DNA of 64,000 nucleotides from Candidatus Latescibacterota bacterium (GTDB taxonomy: Bacteria > Latescibacterota > UBA2968 > UBA8231), in NCBI GenBank assembly GCA_965221775.1, contig CBDCSU010000005.1, forward strand, positions 384,001 through 448,000, given 5' to 3'. Below the pieces are notes generated by a model that was not told the origin of the DNA, searched no databases, and saw nothing but the letters and a program-made list of their open reading frames with translations. Position 1 is the first letter of the stretch; every line of letters begins with the position of its first letter. Below are positions 1-9,081 of the stretch, in pieces. The translations under genes were made by a program, and so were the position numbers.

Positions 1-2406
1 CAGGGCCACCTCGGAGACGCGCAGGCGCACCGTCAGCGTATCCCGGTAGGGCGCCGGCTCCAGGGTCGTGAGAGGCCACTTGAGGGTGTATTCCCCGGAG
101 GCCAGCCCGTAGGTGCTCACCTCCAGCCACAGGTCCGCCACCTCCCCGGGAGCCACCGACAGGAGCTTCTCCGGGCCCAGCTCCGGCAACAGCTCCGGCA
201 CCCGCTCGTCGGTCTCCGTTCCCAGCACCCGGTAGGCGTGCTTCGACGCCAGGGAGACCACCTGCGAGAACCGGACGACCTCGTCCGCCTCCAGCGCCAG
301 CTCGACGCTGGTGTCGGCCGCGGCGATCGAGCCCGGCTCCAGCCGCACCACCAGGCCCGCCGGCGACGTGTTCAGCACGTGGACGGCCCGGCTCTCGACC
401 TCGTTGCCGTATCCCCACACCTCGACCACGGGAGAGCCGAGGTCGGCCGGCAGCTCGTCGAGCGGGTTGACCAGGTCCCAGGGGTTGGGATCCTCCCAGA
501 CGGCCAGGTCCGTGTTGGACCGCTCCGCCGCCTGGCGTCCCCCCAGGGCGGTCAGCCCCGCCGTCCGCCGCGTCGCCTTCAGCAGCAGCCGGACCTGGTC
601 GGCCAGGGCCTCGTGCTCCCGCCAGGTGAAGGACTCCACTCCTTTCGCCCGGGTCTTCAGGACGGCCAGGTCCCCCTGGAGCCCGGCGGCCAGGTGCAGG
701 ACGAAGCGCGCCGCCCGGGGATGTCCGCCGGCCAGCGCCGCGGCCACCTTCCGGGCCTGCCCCGCCGCCGACTCGACCTGCCGGATTACCGGCCCGAGCA
801 GATCCTCCTTCACCTCCACCGCCCGGGCCTGGCGGCGCTTCACGACGCCCGCCTCGTCCAGCAGCCGCACCTCCACCTGGTAGCGTCCGAGCTGGCGTAC
901 GGGATAGCGCAGCGCCGGCGAATCTCCGGCCCGGAGCGTGTGCACGCGGCTCCAGCGCACCCCGGAAGGGCTGATCACCGAGACCTCCGCATGATCGCCC
1001 GGCCCGGTTTCGGCCGCATCGAGATCGAGAAGGTTGTACCCGTAGTGCGGCGGCGGGAAGGACCTCACCAGCACCCCTTCCTCCCCGGCGGGGCGGGCCT
1101 CGGCCGGCGCCGGGCGCGCCGGCGGCAGGTCGTCCCCGCCCCACATGTGGCCGGCGGCGATGGCGCCGCCCTCGAAGGGGAACTCCCACGCCGTCAGGTG
1201 CCTCTCGCCCGAGACAACCTCCAGGCGGCCGTCGCCGTCCAGATCCGCCACCATCGGCGCGTGGATGCCCCCGTCCTCCTGGGCCACGGCGGCCAGGATC
1301 TCCCCCGCGGGATCGACCACGTACAGCCCGGTGCGCCGCTCGTCCGGCGAGTGGCCCCGCACGCCGACCACGACCTCCTGCACCCCGTCGCCGTCGAGGT
1401 CGGCCACGGCGGGCGGGAAGAAGATCCCCCGGCCGCCGAGCTGGGTGCCCCAGAGGGTTTCCCCGGAGAGGCTCATGCGCGCCACCAGGGTCGACTTGCC
1501 GGTGACGATCAGGTCGTTGAGGCCGTCGCCCTCCAGGTCTCCCGCGATCAACCCCAGGTATCCGTAGTAGCTCGGCTGCGGCTCGACCCAGGCCACGGCG
1601 CCCGTCGGCCCATCCAGCCGCACCACCAGGTTGCGCACGCAGTCGAGGAAGTAGACCTCGGTGCGGCCGTCGCCGTCGCCGTCCATGACCAGCGGCCGGT
1701 TGCGGCTGAAGACGGCCTCGTGGGCGGACAGGTCGGCCTGCCAGAGCAGCCGGCCCGAGCCCGTCAGGGCCAGGACCCGGGAGTCGCTGCCGTAGACAAC
1801 CTCTTCCCTGCCGTCGCCGTCCAGGTCCGCCGCCACCGGCGCCGAGGCCAGCTCCCATCCTGCGCTGAACTGCCAGAGCACCCGTCCCTGCCGGTCCAGA
1901 CAACCCACCCAGCCGGCCTTGGAGGTCACCACGATCTCGGGGCGGCCGTCCCCGTCCACGTCGCCCGCGGTGGGGAACATGCGGAAGTCGATCGGCCCGA
2001 ACCCCGGCCAGCGCCAGAGCACCTGACCGCCGCCGTCGAGAGCGAAGACCTCCCCGTAGCTGGCCTGGACCACGATCTCGGGAGCCCCCTCGCCGTCCAG
2101 GTCGACCACCACCGGCGTCCTGACGCGCTCCCTGGCCCACTCCACCTGCCCGGCCACCTTGGCCAGGCCGATCAGCTGCGTCCGCCACACCTCCCGCCCC
2201 TTCGTGTCCAGCCGCACCAGGTCGGTGCCCTCACCGACGAGAATCCCCTCGATGCGCGGCACCGACGGGTAGGGGATCGGCGTGCTCAGGCCCGACGACT
2301 CGTAACGCCACTGCTGCTCGGGCGCCGGCCACGGGTCCCCCGCCCGGGCCGGGGCGGCGGCCAGCCCGCAGATCAAGGCCAGAGCCAGGACCGCTGCGCG
2401 TGACAT
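1..2406 (-). CDS. Large secreted FG-GAP/VCBS-repeat beta-propeller protein with downstream beta-sandwich domains (3' end runs off the window)
   Basis: Absent from the ORF track because there is no stop in the window. Manual translation from ATG 2406 gives signal peptide MSRAAVLALALICGLAAAPARA and seven DxDGDG-type motifs (e.g. AGDVDGDGRPEIV, AADLDGDGREEVV, VADLDGDGRLEVV). The frame is still open at base 1 (...LWLEVSTYGLASGEYTL...LTVRLRVSEVAL). Confidence 0.85.
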   Translation of the reverse strand, partial: MSRAAVLALALICGLAAAPARAGDPWPAPEQQWRYESSGLSTPIPYPSVPRIEGILVGEGTDLVRLDTKGREVWRTQLIGLAKVAGQVEWARERVRTPVVVDLDGEGAPEIVVQASYGEVFALDGGGQVLWRWPGFGPIDFRMFPTAGDVDGDGRPEIVVTSKAGWVGCLDRQGRVLWQFSAGWELASAPVAADLDGDGREEVVYGSDSRVLALTGSGRLLWQADLSAHEAVFSRNRPLVMDGDGDGRTEVYFLDCVRNLVVRLDGPTGAVAWVEPQPSYYGYLGLIAGDLEGDGLNDLIVTGKSTLVARMSLSGETLWGTQLGGRGIFFPPAVADLDGDGVQEVVVGVRGHSPDERRTGLYVVDPAGEILAAVAQEDGGIHAPMVADLDGDGRLEVVSGERHLTAWEFPFEGGAIAAGHMWGGDDLPPARPAPAEARPAGEEGVLVRSFPPPHYGYNLLDLDAAETGPGDHAEVSVISPSGVRWSRVHTLRAGDSPALRYPVRQLGRYQVEVRLLDEAGVVKRRQARAVEVKEDLLGPVIRQVESAAGQARKVAAALAGGHPRAARFVLHLAAGLQGDLAVLKTRAKGVESFTWREHEALADQVRLLLKATRRTAGLTALGGRQAAERSNTDLAVWEDPNPWDLVNPLDELPADLGSPVVEVWGYGNEVESRAVHVLNTSPAGLVVRLEPGSIAAADTSVELALEADEVVRFSQVVSLASKHAYRVLGTETDERVPELLPELGPEKLLSVAPGEVADLWLEVSTYGLASGEYTLKWPLTTLEPAPYRDTLTVRLRVSEVAL

Positions 2407-2472
2407 CGCTTCTTCTCTTTCTCCCGTCATCGGGCGCCGCGAGAGGGCGCTGCCGCGCCGGGAACCGGTCTC

Positions 2473-4599
2473 CTAGTCCAGGGCGGCGGCGAGATCATCG
2501 ACGTTCAGCTTCGGCCGCTCCCAGAAGCTGGTGACCCACAGGAGGTCCGAGAAGAACTGGCCCTGGTGCTGCTTGCGGAAGGCGACCAGGTCGCGCAGGG
2601 CCGACTCCGCCTCGGCCCGGTTCGCCTCGGGGACCGTGTCCGGGACCTCCTCCTGGATCTCGAAGAGGGATGTGAGCCTCACGGCCAGCCTGGCGTGCTC
2701 CAGGCCGGTCCGGACGAACTCGACGCGCCCGGCGAACTCGGGCGGCACACCCGGGGCCCCGGCTTCGGCCGCCGCCTGCTCCAGCAGCCGCTCGGCGGGC
2801 CCGAAGGCCTCCGGCGGGAAGGCGAGGTGCGCCTTGCGTGCATACGAGCGGTAACGCCAGCCGAATTCCCAGAACAACTCGACGAACCGCAACTGGTTGT
2901 CGAAGGAGTAGTCCTCCCAGTACTGGAAGTAGCGGTCCATGGTGCCGGCTGCGGGGCCGAAGGCCGAGCAGTACTCGGCGCGGATGGCGTCCACCTCCAG
3001 GGTGGGATCGCTCAGGAGGCGCATGTGCATGTAGAGCCGCAGGCCGTGGACCCCCCACTGCCCGGTGAGGGAGTCGAAGCTGCCCCCCTCCATGCCGTTC
3101 TCGTAGGCGAACTTGAAGAACTCCCCGGACTGGCGCGTGTCGAAGTGGGGCAGCACGTAGCCGTCGTGCAGGTAGTTGGGCCGGTAGCCCATGCGGACCC
3201 CCGTCTTGCGCCAGCCCAGCCACTGGGCCTTCACCCACTCGTAGGCCTCGGGGTGCATGGGGAAGTAGCGGAGGTGCGGGTCCTGCCACTGGACGAACTC
3301 GCCGTAGAGGCTCTTGCCGAGGTGGATGTCGAAGAGAGGCGCCGGGAACTCGTTCTCGTAGATGAAGGAGACCGAGACCATGGCGTGGGGATTCCGCTTG
3401 CGGGCCTTCTCGTGGATCGTCTTCCAGAACCGGGCGTAGCGGTCCGAGGTCACCCCCGAGAACTCCTCCTGGGCCCGGCGGTCCGTGGCGTAGACCCGCT
3501 CGGCGAACCACGGCGGCTCCTCCGGCTGGGGCGCGTCCCAGGCCTGGCAGACGTCACAGGTGCAGCGGCCCGGACGGTCCACGGGACCGAGGAGGAGCCA
3601 GCTCTCGCCGTCCCACTGGCTGACCACGAAGTCCTGCAGCTCCTCGTTGGAGACGCACATGGCCACGTGGGCGTAACTGGTGTCCGGATCGCCGCGCACG
3701 CCGTCCCGCCGCAGCTGGAACCAGTCCGGGTGCTCGCGTCCGTAGCGCTGCCACCAGCCGCTGAAGGCGTGGCCCGACGGCGGCTTGGCGTCCATGCCGC
3801 CGAGCCGGTGCCGGCGCAAGAGCACCTGCACGGCCTTGCCGTACTCCACGGCGACATCGCGGCTGAAGCCGAGCTTCTCGTCCCCGGGATCCAGGGGCGC
3901 CCCCCCGAGGGCGACGGAGCGGATCGCGCCCCAGGAGAAGTGCCGGAATCTCAGGGCCGGCGCCGCCGTCTCGTCAATGGCGGAAAGGCGAACGATGTCG
4001 GTCCCGGGGACATAGGTGCCGAGCTCGCCGGGCCAGAGCCAGCGCACGCCGAGCACCTCCTCGAGGATCTCGTACACGCCGAAGAGGGGTCCCACGTCGG
4101 GATTGTGCTCGGAGAAGGGGTCGCCGCCGGACTCCCGGCCGCCGATGAACAGGTCGTTCCCCACGGAGCGGAGGACGTAGGTCTCCCGCGGCAGGCTCTC
4201 CGGATCGAGGCCGAAGGTGCGGCCCGTCTCGGTGTCCCCCACGTACACACGGCTGTGCACGTCTTCCGGGGCTTCGGACTCGGGAACGGTCCGCAGCGAC
4301 ACGCCCGTCGCCAGGGCGATATGCCGGACCAGTTCCGCCGCCGCGTAGGTCGCCGTCGGCGTCGGCTCGTCCGCGGTGACCACTACCGCCCGGGCCCTGC
4401 CGTCCTCGACGATGAGGACCTGCGCCTCTCCGGGGAGGGGCGGCAGGATCGCCGCGGCAACGGCGATCATCGCCGGGATTCGGGGACCGCGCATGGCTCT
4501 GAAGGAGGGGCGAGGCGACCACGTCCTGCAGGCGCCCGGGTGGTCGGAGGGGCCTGAGAAACCCCTGGGGTACTGCCGGCGGGGGTGGCGATCGAACAT
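2473..4599 (-). CDS. DUF4838-family secreted protein (glycoside hydrolase-like)
   Basis: N-terminal GH67/GH20-like beta domain (AAAELVRHIALATG...LFGVYEILEEVLGVRWLWPG), HPDWF motif, C-terminal AFGPAA helical region. Start is either 4599 (AGGGAG upstream) or 4494. Confidence 0.7.
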   Translation of the reverse strand: MFDRHPRRQYPRGFSGPSDHPGACRTWSPRPSFRAMRGPRIPAMIAVAAAILPPLPGEAQVLIVEDGRARAVVVTADEPTPTATYAAAELVRHIALATGVSLRTVPESEAPEDVHSRVYVGDTETGRTFGLDPESLPRETYVLRSVGNDLFIGGRESGGDPFSEHNPDVGPLFGVYEILEEVLGVRWLWPGELGTYVPGTDIVRLSAIDETAAPALRFRHFSWGAIRSVALGGAPLDPGDEKLGFSRDVAVEYGKAVQVLLRRHRLGGMDAKPPSGHAFSGWWQRYGREHPDWFQLRRDGVRGDPDTSYAHVAMCVSNEELQDFVVSQWDGESWLLLGPVDRPGRCTCDVCQAWDAPQPEEPPWFAERVYATDRRAQEEFSGVTSDRYARFWKTIHEKARKRNPHAMVSVSFIYENEFPAPLFDIHLGKSLYGEFVQWQDPHLRYFPMHPEAYEWVKAQWLGWRKTGVRMGYRPNYLHDGYVLPHFDTRQSGEFFKFAYENGMEGGSFDSLTGQWGVHGLRLYMHMRLLSDPTLEVDAIRAEYCSAFGPAAGTMDRYFQYWEDYSFDNQLRFVELFWEFGWRYRSYARKAHLAFPPEAFGPAERLLEQAAAEAGAPGVPPEFAGRVEFVRTGLEHARLAVRLTSLFEIQEEVPDTVPEANRAEAESALRDLVAFRKQHQGQFFSDLLWVTSFWERPKLNVDDLAAALD

Positions 4600-4658
4600 G
4601 GGGGGCTCCCTGTTCGGGGATGGTGGATCACCCGCCCGTGGGGAGACGTGCGCCGCGC

Positions 4659-4687
4659 ATTCTACGGCAATCCCCCGGCATCCACAA
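4659..4687 (-). promoter_or_regulatory. Putative sigma70 promoter for the DUF4838 gene
   Basis: Minus strand TTGTGG-N17-TAGAAT. Confidence 0.35.
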
Positions 4688-4971
4688 CTACCGGAGGGGC
4701 CGGGACTTCCACCCCCCCTGCGCCAGGAGCGCCGGAATCCCGGCAGGATCCCCGCTCGAGGCGATTCCCGTCGGCCCTGCCGACGACAGTGACGAGGAAG
4801 GGCCCGGATGCGGGCGGACCAACGCCCGTGACGGGTACGTGTCTTGAGGTTTCCGAGATTCCTGGGAACGGCCCCGCCGCCCGGGGCACCGCCGAACGAC
4901 GGGCACGGAGCCCCGCGGCATCCCTCGGTCCGCGCGGCTCGCCGCTCTGGGACTCGAGCGGCTTCCCGGCG

Positions 4972-5661
4972 TCAGTCGCGCATGCCCTGGCGCAGGATCA
5001 GCAACCTCACCAGGTGCATGAGGGCGGTGGCCGTGGCCGCCACGTAGGTGAGGGCGGCGGCGTTGAGCACGCGCCGGGCGTCCCTGGCCTCGTCGGCGCG
5101 CAGGTAGCGGCCGTCCACCAGCTGGGCCATGGCGCGGGAACTGGCGTTGAACTCCACCGGCAGGGTGATCAGCTGGAAGGCGACGACGCCGGCGTAGAGC
5201 AGGATGCCGATGTCGACCATGCCCGGTGACTGGAAGAAGAAACCGATGAGGAACAGGGGGAAGGCCGCCCAGGAGCCGATGTTGGCCACCGGCAGGAAGC
5301 TGTGGCGCAGGTTCAGAGCAAAGTAGCCGGTGGCGTGCTGGATGGCGTGGCCCACCTCGTGGGCGGCCACCGCCAGGCCGGCGAGGTGGCGGCCGTGGTA
5401 GATGCCCGAGGAGAGGCGCACGACTTTCTCCCGGGGATCGTAATGGTCGGAGAGGGTGCCGCCCGTCTCCTCGACGGCGACGTCGACGATGCCCTGCTCG
5501 CGCAGCAGGCGCCGGGCCGTCTCGGCGCCGGTGATGCCGGCGGCGGACCCGACCTGGCTGTACTTGGAGTAGGCGCTGCGCACCTTGGACTGGGCGTACA
5601 GGGCCAGGACGATGCAGGGGATCAGCAGGATCATGGTGGAATCGAAGAAGAAGAAGGGCAC
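4972..5661 (-). CDS. Membrane zinc metallopeptidase (YugP / Zn_peptidase_2 family)
   Basis: LSDHYDP, AAHEVGHAIQ (HExxH), TLPVEFNASSRA, AAALTYVA. GTG start at 5661 preceded by AAGGAGG. Confidence 0.9.
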   Translation of the reverse strand: MPFFFFDSTMILLIPCIVLALYAQSKVRSAYSKYSQVGSAAGITGAETARRLLREQGIVDVAVEETGGTLSDHYDPREKVVRLSSGIYHGRHLAGLAVAAHEVGHAIQHATGYFALNLRHSFLPVANIGSWAAFPLFLIGFFFQSPGMVDIGILLYAGVVAFQLITLPVEFNASSRAMAQLVDGRYLRADEARDARRVLNAAALTYVAATATALMHLVRLLILRQGMRD

Positions 5662-5821
5662 CTCGAAACCTCCTTTGAAGTCGGTTGCCTGCGGGGTTCG
5701 GCCGGACTCGCCGGCACTCCTGCTCTGGAATATATGAACCCGGACGTTGCGCGCCGGTCCCGCGCAACCGCGGACGCTCAGCCGCGGGAACCTCCCCCTT
5801 CCCGAGCCCCCACAGGAGGGG

Positions 5822-6565
5822 TCAGGTGGACGCCTCCGTCCATCGCGGCGACGGTTCCTCGGTGGCGATCCGCACCTGCCTCTCGATGGACCCGCCGCCG
5901 TTCGGCTCGCCCTCATGGGCCAGGTTCACCGGCAGCCGCAGGGTCGGAGGCACGGCGACGCCGGCGGAGACGATCATCTGGAAGGCTGCCTCGACGCTCA
6001 ACCCGGTGGGCTCGATCTCGTTGCGCGGCACGATGAGCATGAACCCGGTGGTCGGGTTGGGCGCCGTGGGCACGAAGATGCTGTGCGCCGGCGGCCGCCC
6101 GTCCTCGAAGGGCACATCGCCGGCGAGGAACCCGAGGGTCCACAGCCCCTTCCGGGGGTACTCGAAGAGGACGACCTGCTTGAACCCCGCCTTGTCGGGA
6201 GAGGTCATCGTCTCCATCAGCTTGCGCACCGGGCTGTAGATGGTGCGCACCAGGGGCAGCCGCTCGATCGCCTCGCGCGCGTCGTGCAGCAGGCGGCGGG
6301 TGAGCACGTGGGTGGTCACCGTGCCCACGACCCAGAGGATGAGGATGGTGAGCAGGAACCCGATGCCCCGGTAGTACCAGTCGGGATCGCCGGCGATGGC
6401 GGCGAAGGGGCGGATCAGGGGACGGGAGAACCGGTCGGCCCAGTTGAACAGGGTCCACAAGACCCAGCCGGTGATCCACAGAGGGGCGATGACGGTGATG
6501 CCCGCCATCAGGGTGTTGCGCAGCCGGTGCAGGCGGTTGGACCTGACCGGACCTGGTCTCTTCAT
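5822..6565 (-). CDS. DUF502 family membrane protein
   Basis: Two TM segments, LPLVRTIY, VVLFEYPRKG, FVPTAPNPTTGF, IVSAG. Start approximate. Confidence 0.85.
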   Translation of the reverse strand: MKRPGPVRSNRLHRLRNTLMAGITVIAPLWITGWVLWTLFNWADRFSRPLIRPFAAIAGDPDWYYRGIGFLLTILILWVVGTVTTHVLTRRLLHDAREAIERLPLVRTIYSPVRKLMETMTSPDKAGFKQVVLFEYPRKGLWTLGFLAGDVPFEDGRPPAHSIFVPTAPNPTTGFMLIVPRNEIEPTGLSVEAAFQMIVSAGVAVPPTLRLPVNLAHEGEPNGGGSIERQVRIATEEPSPRWTEAST

Positions 6566-6623
6566 ATCCACGACGATTACCGGAGGGGAGGCTTCATCGC
6601 CTCGGGGTCGGGCGGCACGGGCG

Positions 6624-6652
6624 AACCTACCCAGGCCCCGAAATGGTGTCAA
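6624..6652 (-). promoter_or_regulatory. sigma70 promoter for the DUF502 gene
   Basis: Minus strand TTGACA-N17-TAGGTT. Confidence 0.6.
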
Positions 6653-6681
6653 GACAGGTCGATGGCCGGATTCCCTCTCCT

Positions 6682-6710
6682 TTGACACCCTGAAACCCCT
6701 CCTCTACCAT
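6682..6710 (+). promoter_or_regulatory. sigma70 promoter for queC (near-leaderless)
   Basis: TTGACA-N17-TACCAT, 9 nt before ATG 6720. Confidence 0.65.
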
Positions 6711-6719
6711 CGCCTGACA

Positions 6720-7469
6720 ATGACCCCCGCCTCCGAACCGGCCGTCCTCCTGCTGAGCGGCGGCATGGACTCCACGACCCTGCTGTGGCATCTGCGCACC
6801 GAGCGTCCGGACCACCCGGTGCACACCCTCTCCATCGACTACGGGCAGCGTCACCGGATCGAGCTCGAGTCGGCGGCCGCCCTGTCGGCCCGCGCCGGCG
6901 CCGCCTCGCACCAGGTCCTGCCCCTCGATCCGGGAGCCTTCGGCGGCAGCCCCCTCACGGATGACTCCCTCGACGTTCCCGCCGCCTCGGAGGACCGCCA
7001 GATCGACACGGTGGTTCCCTTCCGCAACCTGCTGTTCGTCACCCTCGCCGCCGCCTGCGCCGAGGGCCTGGGGGCCGCCGACATCTACATCGCCCCGGTG
7101 CGCGACGACCACGAGGCCTACCGCGACTGCCGGCGGGAGTTCTACGACAGCCTGGAACAGACGCTGAGGCTCGGCGCCGCACGCGACACGGCCTTCCGCA
7201 TCCACACGCCTTTCGTGGAGCGCACCAAGGTGGAAGTCGTGGCCCTCGGCATGAGGCTGGGGGTGCCCTGGGAGTTGACCCACACCTGCTACACGGGGCG
7301 GCGCCCGGCCTGCGGCCGCTGCGACGCCTGCAGCGAGCGGCTGGCCGCCTTCGCCGCCAACGGCGCCGTCGATCCCCTGCCCTGCGAGTTGGAGCGGACT
7401 GGAGGCGCGGCCCCCCGGGAAAGGCGGGGTCAGTCCACCGGCGCGAGGGTGCCGTCGCCGAGGCGGTAG
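6720..7469 (+). CDS. queC: 7-cyano-7-deazaguanine synthase
   Basis: LLSGGMDSTT PP-loop, DYGQRH, VPFRN, YRDCR, zinc site TCY..RPACGRCDAC. Confidence 0.88.
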   Translation: MTPASEPAVLLLSGGMDSTTLLWHLRTERPDHPVHTLSIDYGQRHRIELESAAALSARAGAASHQVLPLDPGAFGGSPLTDDSLDVPAASEDRQIDTVVPFRNLLFVTLAAACAEGLGAADIYIAPVRDDHEAYRDCRREFYDSLEQTLRLGAARDTAFRIHTPFVERTKVEVVALGMRLGVPWELTHTCYTGRRPACGRCDACSERLAAFAANGAVDPLPCELERTGGAAPRERRGQSTGARVPSPRR

Positions 7470-8008
7470 CGCTTCCCGGTGCGGGGGCAGCGGAAGCCGT
7501 CGGAGCCAACGCCCTGCAGCGGGTGGCCCTCCTCGCTGACCCACCCGGACTGGCGCCCGGGCACTCCGTAGACGACGGCGTGCGCCGGCACGTCGCGGGT
7601 GACCACCGATCCGGCGCCTACGAGTGCGTACTCCCCGACCGTCACGCCGCAGAGCACGGTGCTGTTGGCGCCGAGGGTGGCGCCCCTCTTCACCAGGATG
7701 GGCTGGAACTCGTGCTTGCGCTCGATGAAGGCGCGGGGATTCACTACATTGGTGAAGACCATGGAGGGGCCGCAGAACACGTCGGACTCCAGGGTCACCC
7801 CTTTGTATACCGACACGTTGTTCTGCACCTTGCAGCGGTCGCCGATGACGACATCCCGGTCGACATAGACGTTCTGGCCGAGGATGCAGGACCGCCCGAT
7901 TCGGGCCCCCGGCATGACATGGGTGAAATGCCAGATACGGGTGTCCTCGCCGATCTCGACGGGCTCGTCGACGACGGCGGTTTCGTGTATGAAGGGTTTG
8001 GATCCCAT
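7430..8008 (-). CDS. Hexapeptide-repeat N-acetyltransferase (WbpD-like, nucleotide-sugar)
   Basis: IWHFTHV, KVQNNVSVY, FCGPSMVFTNVVNPR, GATLGANSTV. Confidence 0.88.
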   Translation of the reverse strand: MGSKPFIHETAVVDEPVEIGEDTRIWHFTHVMPGARIGRSCILGQNVYVDRDVVIGDRCKVQNNVSVYKGVTLESDVFCGPSMVFTNVVNPRAFIERKHEFQPILVKRGATLGANSTVLCGVTVGEYALVGAGSVVTRDVPAHAVVYGVPGRQSGWVSEEGHPLQGVGSDGFRCPRTGKRYRLGDGTLAPVD

Positions 8009-8106
8009 GGATGAGGCCGTTGTTCCGCGGCGGCTGCAATATACGGGCGCCCGCCGGCAGCGGCTACGCGCATCGACAGCACACCCCGGGAGGAGGTAGA
8101 CCCAGC

Positions 8107-9081
8107 ATGAAGCTCACCACTTTCGCCGTCGACAAGCAGGAGCGCCTCGGCGCCGTCGCCTGCGGCGACCGGATCGTCATCGACCTGGCCGCCGCCGAAC
8201 GCAGCGCCGCCCGCCGCGAGAAGCGCAAGTCCAGTGCCTTCTACGGCGACATGATCTCCTTTCTGCAGGCTGGCGCCAAGGGCATGGCCGCCGCCCGCAG
8301 GCTCGTGAAGGCGGTGTCGGAGAAACTCGGCGACGAGCCCAAGGCCGACGGCCGCAGCACCCACCTCCTGGGCCGCGTCAAGCTGCGCGCCCCGGTGCCG
8401 AACCCCGCCAAGCTGTTCTGCCTGGCCGGCAACTACCAGGACCACATCGAGGAGGGCGGCGGCCGCATGGCGGCCCAGGACAAGGAGACGCCGCGGGTCT
8501 TCATGAAGCCGCCCACCACGACCGTCGTCGGCCCCGGGGACCGCATCCTCATTCCGCCGGTGGCCCGCGCCATCGACTGGGAGGGGGAGCTGGCCGTGGT
8601 CATGGGCCGCCGGGGCAAGGCCGTCAAGTCCGCCGACGCCCTCCGCTACGTGGCCGGGTACACCATCATGAACGACGTATCCGAGCGCCAGCTGGTGATC
8701 AAGGAGCGCTCCGCCAGCCGGCCCAAGGACGAGTGGTTCGACTGGCTCAACGGCAAGTGGCTGGACACGGCGGCGCCCCAGGGGCCGTGGCTGGTCACCA
8801 CCGACGAGATCCGCAATCCCCAGGACCTCGATATCAGCACCTACGTGAACGGCGAGCGCAAGCAGCACAACAACACCGGCCAGATGCTCTACTACGTGGC
8901 CGACATCATCGAGTACATCTCGGCGATCATCACCCTGGAGCCGGGGGACATCATCAGCACCGGCACGATCTCCGGTGTCGGCGCCACCACCGACACCTTC
9001 CTCCAGCCGGGGGACCGGGTCGAGATCGAGATCTCGAAGATCGGCGTGCTGAAGAACAACGTGGCCGCCAGCAGGAAGTGA
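8107..9081 (+). CDS. Fumarylacetoacetate hydrolase family protein
   Basis: NYQDH, FMKP, DWEGEL, NDVSER, GKWLDT, TLEPGDII. GGAGG upstream of ATG 8107. Confidence 0.9.
   Translation: MKLTTFAVDKQERLGAVACGDRIVIDLAAAERSAARREKRKSSAFYGDMISFLQAGAKGMAAARRLVKAVSEKLGDEPKADGRSTHLLGRVKLRAPVPNPAKLFCLAGNYQDHIEEGGGRMAAQDKETPRVFMKPPTTTVVGPGDRILIPPVARAIDWEGELAVVMGRRGKAVKSADALRYVAGYTIMNDVSERQLVIKERSASRPKDEWFDWLNGKWLDTAAPQGPWLVTTDEIRNPQDLDISTYVNGERKQHNNTGQMLYYVADIIEYISAIITLEPGDIISTGTISGVGATTDTFLQPGDRVEIEISKIGVLKNNVAASRK

Noticed and set aside
238-2403. 721-aa plus-strand ORF
   Set aside because: Antisense shadow of the FG-GAP gene; Arg/Gly/Pro-rich with no motifs.
4600-4971. Possible ncRNA or small ORF in the longest intergenic gap
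   Set aside because: Only weak GC-rich hairpins and motif-less ORFs; nothing supportable.
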